DNA of 64,000 nucleotides, from positions 2,976,001-3,040,000 of the forward strand of contig NC_092672.1 in assembly GCF_964355755.1 (NCBI RefSeq), given 5' to 3'. The notes under the pieces are model-generated. The model made no database searches and was not told where the DNA came from. It worked only from the letters and a program-made list of their open reading frames with translations. The translations under genes were made by a program, and so were the position numbers. This DNA comes from Antedon mediterranea. Taxonomy: Eukaryota; Animalia; Echinodermata. Positions 43,090-52,539 of the stretch are shown one piece after another (position 1 is the first letter of the stretch; each line of letters begins with the position of its first letter).

Positions 43090-46000
43090 CTACTCGGCAC
43101 ACTTGGTACATTTAAATCGATCGATATCGATAGCTTCCGCTGGAGTAATGTTGACGCATGCTCCATGGTACCATTCACCGCACAGATCGCACTCGATCAT
43201 AAAACGCCCCTCCCATGGCTTCCTACAAGTACAGTAAATGCCGTCATCTTCGGCATCCCCGTCGGGGTCGGAATTCGTCAGATCAAGGTTGGTGATCCAA
43301 TTTGGCAAATCCCGATCCCGGCAGAGCTTCAGTTTATCGTGGTGGATTACAAATACTTTATTACGGAGGCGTACACGGAAGGCGTACGGGGCCAGCACCT
43401 CAGTGACTACCCCCGGACCCTTCCATGGCGCATTCAATTTCTTGTTTTTCCCCTTTATTTTGGTCTGGTCGAACACATAGACTTTGTCCCCAACTGCGTA
43501 TGTACGCTCTAGTAGCTTAAGGTCGTATTGATACTTATTGCGCTTTTGCATTGATTTTAGATGTGTTCTTGCAATATCGTGCGCTAACTTCATATTTTCT
43601 ACTAGGCCAGTGGTGTATGAATATGGATCAGTAATTGTTGTGCCCCCTGAAGAGCCGAACATGAGGTCGGGTGGTGTCGATACCTCCCTGCCCAGCATCA
43701 TCAGGTTTGGTGTAGATTGGGTACTTCGGCATACCGTGGCCCTAATTGCACTCGTTATCTGGGGCAGATATTTATCCCAGTCCTTTTGTTGTTTTCCCAC
43801 AAAACACCGGACCGCATTCATCACAGTCAGATTGTAACGTTCTACCTGACCGTTAGCTGAAGGACGGTACGGCGTGGTGTGGGTCTTATTAATGAGGAGA
43901 ATCTTGCAGAGCTCCCCGAAGAGATCGCTCTCAAAATTCGGACCCTGGTCCGAGTGCAATTGCAGCGGCATACCAAATCTGGAGAAGAATTCCCTTACCA
44001 GTACCTCGGCAGTCAATTGTGCAGTCTGCCGGGGTACCGGGTAGGCCTCTACCCACTTTGTAAATTGATCCACTACCATCAATACATACAGATTCCCACT
44101 ACTGGACTGAGGAAATGGTCCTGCAAAGTCTATGTGAACCCTTTCCATTGGGGCTCCCGAGTGGTAATTAATCTGTTCCGAGCGGCCTTTCTTATTCCCC
44201 CTCTTGTGGCTGTTACATATGGGACAGCCTATGACATATCTTTCGATATCCCCGGCCATCCCAAACCAGTAGTATCGTTGTTTAAGACGGAGCTTAGTCC
44301 GTTTGATACCTTGGTGGGCGGCCGATGGGAGATCATGATAAGCTTGCATTGTTGTTTTAATCAATGACTTCGGAAGAACAAGAAGGTCCTCCTCCCCCTG
44401 TTTATCTTGAATGAATAACACCCCGTCTCGCAAGCACATCCTTTCCTTACTCAACCAATAATGTTTTGTTGCCGGGCTAGTAGCGAAAAGCTCATTTGCC
44501 GAAGGCAGCGCGTCACCCTTAAACCAGAGTAACACGGGCCCCAGCTCCTGGTCTTTCCCCTGAGCCTCTTGGATTTCCTGGGTAGAGAAACCCCAATGAG
44601 ATTGCTCCGCCCTTTCCGTGGTTAGTTGATGAACATGTTGGGAGGGCAGGAAAGGCTGCGAGATAGGTTGATTTTGATGTGCGTGCACACCCGTCAGCGG
44701 AATGACGTCATCAACCTGGTCGATGAACGCCCCCCATTGCTGGTGCGCACGTACACAGTACTTACACCCCTTGCAAGGTAAATCAGATAATTTCACCCCA
44801 TGTTTGTAATGATTAGCCATTTCAGGTGCCCGTGACAATGCATCGGCATTGACATGTTTTTTACCAGGGCGGTGTTCTACTATCATTACATACTGGCTAA
44901 GTTCTTCTATCCAGCGGGCCAGTTGCCCTTGGGGTTCCTTGAACCTCAGAAGCCAAGTCAGGCTACTGTGGTCGGTGCGAACCTTAAATGGTTTACCCAG
45001 CAAGTAGTGTCTAAATTGACGTGTGAATTTCACAATCGCCAACAGTTCTTTACGGGTGGTACAGTAGCGTTGCTGCTCTGATGTTAATGCTAAACTAGCA
45101 TAAGCAATCACACGCTCCTGACCCCCTTGTAATTGGGACAATTCACCTCCGATTGCCTGATCTGATGCATCGGTATCAAGGACGAACATGTCATCAGGAT
45201 TCGGAAGTGACAAAACTGGTGGTTGTGTCAATTTAGATTTAATTGAGTGAAATGCATCTATTTGAGGTTTGTCCCATCGGAACTCCCCCTTCTTTGCAAC
45301 TGCATAAAGAGGTCTTGTTAATTCGGCAAAGTGGGGAATGAATGCCCTATGGTAATTTGCTAGGCCAAGGAAGCGTTGAGCCTCCTTGTAGTTCTTAAGA
45401 TCAGGCCACCCACACACTGCCGCGATATCGGTATCGGACATCTCGAGAGTGTTGCGGGAGACCATACGGCCCAGAAATTCCACTTTCCTCTGGAAAAATA
45501 GACATTTCTTTGGTTTTAGTTTCAGATTATATTGTCGGAACCGACCTAGGGCCTCCCTTAAGTTATTGCTGTGGTCTTCAAATGATTTGCCCAGGATAAC
45601 CACGTCGTCGAGGAAAGCCAGAGCAGTCTGCCAATTTAGACCACGCAAAACCATATTGATGACCCTAGAGAAGGTTGCCGGACTATTACACAGGCCAAAG
45701 GGCATTTTTACAAACTCGAACAGGCCATATTTGGTGACGAAAGCGGTCTTTTTGCGATCGTCGGCATTGAGGTTTATTTGCCAATAACCAGAAATGGCGT
45801 CCAATTTAGAGAACCATTGATTACCCGACAATGTGTCGAGGCAATCCTCTAAAATTGGTAATGGATATACATCCTTTACCGTGATGTTATTTAAAGCCCT
45901 ATAGTCTATGCAAAATCTGACGTTTCCATCCCTTTTCCGGACTAGGACTGGGGCGGAGGACCATTCAGAATTGGACGGCTGAATGATACCCCCCTCCAGC

Positions 46001-47016
46001 ATTTTATCCAGTTCTTTGCGTTCTTCATCGGCAAAGTGTAACGGGGTACGGCGAAGTCGGTGTCTCACTGGTGCTGCATCAGACGTATCTACCCGGTGAT
46101 CAATATTAGGGACCTCCCCAATATCGAATTGATCCCTGGCAAACACATCTGCGAACTCAGTAAGCATCTCCTTCACCACCCCTGCCTGATCTTCCGATAA
46201 ATTGGTAATAGAATTTTCATAAGTTGTACGCATGTGATGTGGCAATGCGTGTGTGGCCGGAGAGGTTTCCCCCGGATGGGTGAAAACTTCCCCAGCTACA
46301 CAGGATTCTATTTCAGATGCAAACCCAATTTCTAAACCTGCTTTGACAGTTACGTATTTGTTGGTTGTATTGACCATGCAGATCACAGGCGATTCACCTG
46401 CGGTGTGCACAGTTCTAGGAATTGTTAGGTTATTGTGGCCATGAGGTTCTACAATGTAGTCATGCAATTTGGTATCTAACTGACAGGAAACATAGGCTAT
46501 TGATGTAGGTGGTATCACACGCCGCTTGCATGTGATTATTCTGCAGCTAGAGGGCGTTGAGGGCGCCATACCATTTTGTATTAATGGGACAGCAACCCCA
46601 CCGACCTTTAACAGCATTTCGCCTATGTTGACATCTGCGTTTGTGCCCCTCATGAAATCCAAACCTAGTAGCATTTCGTCTTCAATCGGTGCAACATAGA
46701 CATAAGTGGGGTAGATGTTTGGCCCAATTTTGAGTTGCACCGGACCTATTTTTCGCCCTTCCATCGAACTACCCTTACCCGCCATGAATAATTTAATAGT
46801 ACCCACGGTGGGCGGAGTAGGGGTAATTGAATGGTATAAGCTATCAGATATAATAGATACAGTCGCTCCACAGTCGACAACAGCGTCAACTTTAACGGAT
46901 GCGACCGTAACTTTAGTGTAGAGTAATGAATTAGATTTCACTCGCTGTACAATAAGTGATTCAGTTGGGTCGCACTCTGGAGTGAACAATTTGGAGTCGA
47001 CCCCTAGTCGTTTAAA
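43090..47016 (-). CDS. pol: Pol polyprotein: protease, RT, RNase H, integrase, C-terminal PHD finger
   Basis: VVDCGAT protease; RFCIDYRALN, MPFGL, FLDD RT; LDTDAS/ELLAI/RTDH RNase H; H-H-C-C plus HIDFAGP, SDQG, VER integrase; C4HC3 PHD. The frame is open up to the slippery site at 47016. Confidence 0.97.
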   Translation of the reverse strand, partial: FKRLGVDSKLFTPECDPTESLIVQRVKSNSLLYTKVTVASVKVDAVVDCGATVSIISDSLYHSITPTPPTVGTIKLFMAGKGSSMEGRKIGPVQLKIGPNIYPTYVYVAPIEDEMLLGLDFMRGTNADVNIGEMLLKVGGVAVPLIQNGMAPSTPSSCRIITCKRRVIPPTSIAYVSCQLDTKLHDYIVEPHGHNNLTIPRTVHTAGESPVICMVNTTNKYVTVKAGLEIGFASEIESCVAGEVFTHPGETSPATHALPHHMRTTYENSITNLSEDQAGVVKEMLTEFADVFARDQFDIGEVPNIDHRVDTSDAAPVRHRLRRTPLHFADEERKELDKMLEGGIIQPSNSEWSSAPVLVRKRDGNVRFCIDYRALNNITVKDVYPLPILEDCLDTLSGNQWFSKLDAISGYWQINLNADDRKKTAFVTKYGLFEFVKMPFGLCNSPATFSRVINMVLRGLNWQTALAFLDDVVILGKSFEDHSNNLREALGRFRQYNLKLKPKKCLFFQRKVEFLGRMVSRNTLEMSDTDIAAVCGWPDLKNYKEAQRFLGLANYHRAFIPHFAELTRPLYAVAKKGEFRWDKPQIDAFHSIKSKLTQPPVLSLPNPDDMFVLDTDASDQAIGGELSQLQGGQERVIAYASLALTSEQQRYCTTRKELLAIVKFTRQFRHYLLGKPFKVRTDHSSLTWLLRFKEPQGQLARWIEELSQYVMIVEHRPGKKHVNADALSRAPEMANHYKHGVKLSDLPCKGCKYCVRAHQQWGAFIDQVDDVIPLTGVHAHQNQPISQPFLPSQHVHQLTTERAEQSHWGFSTQEIQEAQGKDQELGPVLLWFKGDALPSANELFATSPATKHYWLSKERMCLRDGVLFIQDKQGEEDLLVLPKSLIKTTMQAYHDLPSAAHQGIKRTKLRLKQRYYWFGMAGDIERYVIGCPICNSHKRGNKKGRSEQINYHSGAPMERVHIDFAGPFPQSSSGNLYVLMVVDQFTKWVEAYPVPRQTAQLTAEVLVREFFSRFGMPLQLHSDQGPNFESDLFGELCKILLINKTHTTPYRPSANGQVERYNLTVMNAVRCFVGKQQKDWDKYLPQITSAIRATVCRSTQSTPNLMMLGREVSTPPDLMFGSSGGTTITDPYSYTTGLVENMKLAHDIARTHLKSMQKRNKYQYDLKLLERTYAVGDKVYVFDQTKIKGKNKKLNAPWKGPGVVTEVLAPYAFRVRLRNKVFVIHHDKLKLCRDRDLPNWITNLDLTNSDPDGDAEDDGIYCTCRKPWEGRFMIECDLCGEWYHGACVNITPAEAIDIDRFKCTKCAE
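46962..47016 (-). promoter_or_regulatory. -1 programmed ribosomal frameshift signal
   Basis: U UUA AAC at 47016-47010 in the gag frame, 6-nt spacer, then stem GGGUCG-ACUC...GAGU-G-CGACCC; pol is in the -1 frame. Confidence 0.88.
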
Positions 47017-49214
47017 GAGTCTTCTTCATCTACATCGAATTCATGTTCGACTAGATTTAGCCTTCTGTTTTGCTTGAAGTTTGATTTATTATTATGTGGT
47101 CTATTTGAATTATTGGGAGTCTTGGTGGGGCATTCCCTTGCGAAATGACCCTCCTCACCGCAGGAGAAACAGCCGGCCCCTCTCTCTGGAGATCTACGTC
47201 GAGCCGGGGATGGTTGCCTCTCACGCGGCCTATCAAGGCGATCTAATACCTTGTCTAATTTCGAACAAAGGGCCGAGACCTGTTCTTGCAATTCGTTTAT
47301 TCGGGTGTTGGAAGCATGAACAGATTCCCGGTCCAGAGAACGATCTCGATATCGGGCACCATGGGGCGATTGCGGACGTGCAAAACGCACCACGCGCCGT
47401 TTATCCTCCCTTTTAGTTATTTCATTAATCCGCCCAAAGTCACCCTCAGCCTGCAAGTTGCACTCCTGAACACTAGGTTCTGGGTACACCTGGCAGACAG
47501 TGGATGGCTGGGGTGGAGTTTCTGGCAGATGTGTAGTTGGTGTTGAGGCCAATTTAGGTGTTATTATTGGTTCATCGTTGACACTCTGGTGCCATTCGAT
47601 AAGTCGGATAGCTTCAGGAATTGTTTTGGGGCGCTGCAGGCTAGCAAATTTGCCGCTTGGCCTATCAACACACCCACGACAAAACTTTAAAGCTGCCATT
47701 TCTTGGATCCAATGATTGGTGGCCCCTTCACCCCCTTGCGTTCTATACGCCTTGGCTGCGGCTTTAAGCACTCTGGCTCCCCACTCACGTAGGGACTCCA
47801 GGTCTTTTTGGAAAAGTTTTTCGAATTTTGCAGCCAGAAGAGATTGGTCTTGGGCGGAGCCAAAGTATTCGTTAAAACTAACGATGAGCCTCTCGTAAGA
47901 GACTGCACTACCATGCAAGGTCAGCAACGTTTGTAAGTACGCGGCTGCCTGGCCCCTCATGCTCATGTGGAAAGCTTCCTTGCGTTCGGCCCTAGACCAT
48001 CCATTAATCTGGGAAAATCCCTCAAATCTATCATGGAATATTCCCCAGTCGTCATCCCCACCGTGGAATTCTAGATGTTTTTGCGGCCTGAAAGGCTGTT
48101 GACCCCGATGATCACCGCGGCCCCACTCGTCCCGCAAGGGTAGGCGGTCAAGCCTATTCCTCTCGGGGCGAGGAGGTCGAAGGAATCGTCCGAGATCGTG
48201 CTCATAATTTTGATGATCATTTCTCCCACCATAATCACCCATCTGATAATTATCTCGGTTGATGTTTTGTAAGGGTAGTGGTGGTTGATTATAATTCATT
48301 CCAGTGGCGGAAGGATGACGAGGACGATAGCAATCGTTGTCCAGGTACCCCCGGTTGTAATTATCACCTCCGTACCCATGGTCACCTTGAGGGTAGGAAG
48401 GTCGAGTTCCCCATGAGGGGTCTCGGTTCTTATTTTGAGCAGTAGGGCGTTGAGGTAGGCCATGTTCAACAGCGGCATCCCCCCGTCCTACGTTGGTGTT
48501 ACAATTTATTTCTTTTTCTCGATCCGAATGATCGGGACGGTAGCCGTGTTCTACAGCTGGATAGCCATAAAAACCAGCCCCAACCCGGTCATAAGGATGG
48601 GCGTCTTCGTTTCCCCCAGCTCCCGTGCGAGCACGTGTACTAGGAGACGGTGAAGTATCCACCATGTGCACTCCAGAACGATCAAGAGATCTACCCCGAC
48701 CAGCAGCAACAGGGCCGCTGGTCGCAGTGTCACCCCTTCTCATTGGAGTACGCGGAAAAACCTCATCGCCACCCATATCGCCCGCCCGGTGGTTGTTGTG
48801 GAGCGTACGGGAATCTAGGTTGCTAGGCACGCTTGCCTGGTCTGCATAGCGTTGATCGCCTCCGGCCCCCGGATGCAAGGATGGGTCGCTCGGCAAAGGT
48901 GGTACGGGGGTGCAGGCCTGCTCGTGAGCTTGATCGTGCTCTCCCGAACCGTTACCCACATCTCCATACCCCCCAGTCGGCGGTCCCATTCTCACATACC
49001 GAGAGTTAATGGCATAGTCCATGTTAAAGGACAAAAAGTCGAACGAATTATCGCCGACTGCCCGTGCTAGATCTTGTGGGTTTGTGATATTCCCATAATT
49101 ATCCCTGTAGGCCCTGATTTTCTCGGCCAAGGGTGGGGGTAAACCCTGTGGGAAATCTTTCGCCCTACGGACAAAGTTGATCTTAAAAGGTATTGGTTCG
49201 ATGGTTTTTGGCAT
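47004..49214 (-). CDS. gag: Gag, 736 aa
   Basis: Capsid-like region (DWGIFHDRFE...NGWSRAER), coiled coil, zinc knuckle CFSCGEEGHFAREC; lies upstream of pol. Confidence 0.93.
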   Translation of the reverse strand: MPKTIEPIPFKINFVRRAKDFPQGLPPPLAEKIRAYRDNYGNITNPQDLARAVGDNSFDFLSFNMDYAINSRYVRMGPPTGGYGDVGNGSGEHDQAHEQACTPVPPLPSDPSLHPGAGGDQRYADQASVPSNLDSRTLHNNHRAGDMGGDEVFPRTPMRRGDTATSGPVAAGRGRSLDRSGVHMVDTSPSPSTRARTGAGGNEDAHPYDRVGAGFYGYPAVEHGYRPDHSDREKEINCNTNVGRGDAAVEHGLPQRPTAQNKNRDPSWGTRPSYPQGDHGYGGDNYNRGYLDNDCYRPRHPSATGMNYNQPPLPLQNINRDNYQMGDYGGRNDHQNYEHDLGRFLRPPRPERNRLDRLPLRDEWGRGDHRGQQPFRPQKHLEFHGGDDDWGIFHDRFEGFSQINGWSRAERKEAFHMSMRGQAAAYLQTLLTLHGSAVSYERLIVSFNEYFGSAQDQSLLAAKFEKLFQKDLESLREWGARVLKAAAKAYRTQGGEGATNHWIQEMAALKFCRGCVDRPSGKFASLQRPKTIPEAIRLIEWHQSVNDEPIITPKLASTPTTHLPETPPQPSTVCQVYPEPSVQECNLQAEGDFGRINEITKREDKRRVVRFARPQSPHGARYRDRSLDRESVHASNTRINELQEQVSALCSKLDKVLDRLDRPRERQPSPARRRSPERGAGCFSCGEEGHFARECPTKTPNNSNRPHNNKSNFKQNRRLNLVEHEFDVDEEDSLND

Positions 49215-51587
49215 CCCTGGAAGATAAGAAAAATCCTTCCCAATTAGTTTTATTCTTCATTTATAGGCCTGGTAAGTACTCCCGTCCCCCCGTGCATCCA
49301 ACCAGCGAGCGGAGGTAGCATCGGTCTGATGCTGTTTCGATGATTATTTTTGCGTCTCACTCGTTGGGTGCCCAGAGAGAACAGGGGTAGTACCAGCCCA
49401 ATACACACCTAGCGCTAATCACAGTTCAATTAAATATAATTACAATGTAAGGGTTACCTCCCCCCATCACAAAAATTTTAGCTAATTATGTGTACATATA
49501 ATGATTTATGGGCACTCACATTATGCCACGAAAATAAAATAAAAGGACTACACAAATAGTACAGGTTAATGAAAAGAATATATGATATACAAGGCATGTG
49601 ATAAGAGATACAGATCGTTACCAGATGTTATTGTAGCCAAGTGTCAATGACATGGACAAAACAAAACATTACAGATTACACACTGTGACAGTTAAGAATC
49701 GAAATTCATACAAGACATGTTGAAAAACAATCATGATAAGAAAAAGATCATACAAGAACATGCGAAAATAAATGAGACAAGACACGGAAAAAATTTTATT
49801 TTGAAAGAAAAAGGCATACAAGACATATAAAATAATTCTAGGCAAAAACCTAAGATAATCAATAAATAAATAAATATGCCTAAAGTATCAAAAAATAATA
49901 TTCGAACCAAAAATCAATAAATATAATAATAAAATAAATATAGGTACCGGCCTAGCCTGTACACTAAAAAATATTTCAATTTTAAAAAATCTATGCTAAA
50001 TAAAGACATTCTAAAATAATAACAATAAACAGGAATAATTAAGCCTATGCATAATTACCCAAAAAATAAAAATAATTCATGAAAATAATAGGTAGGAAAT
50101 TCCACTAGAATAACCACCTAATAAATAAAACATCGTCTAACTAAAACAATAAAAATTTACTAATAATTTTACGTCGAAAATAGTTCAATAAAAATAAAAT
50201 AAATCAATCGGAAAATAACTTAATTCCAAGCAATCAATATACACGAATGAATAAATAAATAAATAATAATCCTAATGTCATTTCCATCCAAGTGGGAGAG
50301 ACAAAATAACTATAATCTAACTACCCCGCGATAGCACAGGCCAGAAAATTCCAGCCCGTCTATCGTCAGGCCATAAATCAATCCAGACAATACACAGACC
50401 GGGAGACGAGCTCTCAGTTCTGCATAAAACTAAAATCTAAAAATAGTAAGGAGTATCCCTATATTATTCTACCAATCAGAATACAGTACTCACCTAACGT
50501 CATCATCGAAAGTCGTAAACAACTGTTGACCTCGTTGATGCAAGCAGCTATCCGCGAGGGTAGCAAGCGAATGCGTGCTCGCGATTGGCTAGCGATGAAT
50601 CACACGTGAGAAGACTGATAGGCAGAAAGTTGTTGTTTGACAAGGCGAACCGCTCAGGAATGGCGGCATTCTCAAAGCAACGGCAGTGTAGATAACTACT
50701 GTTTAACCCCGTTGTTCGTGAACACAAGTCGCCAAACCAGAGTCGGATTACCCTAACAAGCAACACCCTCCAATAACCTCGTTCTGTTGGTCGTAGGTTA
50801 TGGTAGTGTAATTTAAGGATTAAAAATAATGATAATAAAAATCGTGGATTTGAATAAGCTAATAAATAATCAAAATACGCGAGAGATGCCAACCACAAAA
50901 AATGGCGTCACTCACTAAAAAATTGTTTCGAAATTAAATTTAATATTTTTCCTACAAATTATAAATTTGCTAATTATTATGTTTTGTACATTTTTCCAAT
51001 AATATTCTGAATCACGGGCCAGACATATTCATTGTTCTGGAATCACGGGCCCAGTGCGTTAAACATACAATAAAAAACGCTGTTCCATGTTCACGTGCAT
51101 GGTATGTACGTAGCTTCGGCTAGGTCACGGGCCCAGGGCAGGGCCCAGCCACATCGCTACACACACTAATATCTTTTTCGGATCATTAGGAAATAAAAAA
51201 TGTACCTATCCGAAGAATCAGAGTACAAATGGGTCCCCCATAAATATACTGTCTGACAATTCGGATTACGGCACAAATCCAAGACGGAGAAATAATAATA
51301 TAATTTACTATAAACAACTCCCGACGGCTCGACCCCATCGATCGGACGAAACCTGCAGGCACGACAGCAGATTTCGGCCGCGAGACGGAGACGAGTCGTT
51401 GACGAGGTGGGAGATGGGTAGTGGGACGTGCTGCCCAGCAAACACAGAGGTCGTTCCTCCAGCATTGCCTCTGGGCAACACCACAGGGCGAAACGAGATG
51501 TGCGAACTAGAACAACACTCCTACCTTCCCAAACAGCTACACGCGGTTGACAGTGTCCCCCGCCGAGGCAAAAGGAACACCAGTTTA

Positions 51588-51598
51588 CCTCGTCGCCA
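51588..51598 (-). other. Primer binding site, probably tRNA-Ser(GCT)
   Basis: TGGCGACGAGG 1-2 nt inside the 5' LTR; complementary to the ...CCUCGUCGCCA 3' end I recall for metazoan tRNA-Ser(GCU). Confidence 0.75.
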
Positions 51599-51599
51599 T

Positions 51600-51919
51600 T
51601 AAAGAGACTGTTTATGTTTACTTATTAACCTAGGAGGACAATTAAGTCTCTTCGGTGTAACTACACACTCATCGTTTGTACTCACCTAATCCTTTCTAGG
51701 CTGGTACGTGATGGGTATAGTTTGTGTCCTTCTTTGGTTGTGTCTTCGCTTCAAGAGATCGAGTTTTGCCTCTCGCACATTCAACGCCCGGGGCTGGTCG
51801 TGACGTATCTCGCCACTGGCCAGTCCCAGGGCCGGATTCGGGGGTTGAGTGCGCGTAGGCCCGGCGATTGGCTGTGACGTATAGATGACGTAACCAATAG
51901 CCAATCGCCAGGCACTACA
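51600..51919 (-). repeat. 5' LTR with CCAAT boxes and CRE half-sites
   Basis: Identical to the 3' LTR; three CCAAT/ATTGG and three ACGTCA motifs in its first ~120 nt. Confidence 0.97.
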
Positions 51920-52539
51920 TAGGTGTGTGGAGAGAGGTTTACTATTATCTAGGGTAAGCCTATGCCTAGGCCTAGGTCTACTGGCACTAGCACTATCAAG
52001 TTTTTTCGCCCTTATTATCTAGGCCTATAATGTGATTATCAAACGCTATTACCTGTATCCAATTAAACTTAATTAATTCATGTAATAACTAATATATTGC
52101 TGATTGTAGATACCAGCATAATCAAAATGCATACCATGGTCCATACCACTTCACTTGCACAATATAAGTACTAAAATGTGCATTTATGTATTTGAAAAGG
52201 GATGCAATTTAAGCAGTGGCTGATCTGTGAAGTACAAAATAAGTATGTAGGCCTATGTATGTAATTGTTACCTGTCTTGTCTTATTTTGTAATGCAACCA
52301 AATTATCTAAGTTACCGCTCTGTATGTTATATTTTTTATACCGAAATAGATAATTTAATTAATTAAATAACTTCAGATTGTGCTGTTTCGAAGAAAAAAG
52401 GCAATCAAATAATATATACAGACGGTAGTATGCCTCAATAAATAGTGGCCTAAATAATAGTAGCCTAGTTCTGAATCAGAAACATAAAATATGTATATTC
52501 TATTTTCTCACAGATATCTGATTTTACAATAAAGTAAAG

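Larger units (their letters stand above)
39610..51919 (-). mobile_element. Full-length Ty3/Gypsy LTR retrotransposon, 12.3 kb, three ORFs
   Basis: Identical 320-bp LTRs, TSD TAGG (or TAGGT), PBS, PPT, gag, pol in PR-RT-RH-IN order, and an extra 3' ORF. Confidence 0.98.

Noticed and set aside
46989-47006. UAG readthrough or TTG initiation for pol
   Set aside because: Pol is in the -1 frame relative to gag, and a slippery site with a downstream stem is present.
42419-49070. Many plus-strand ORFs over the retroelement
   Set aside because: Antisense shadows of GC-rich coding sequence with no domains.
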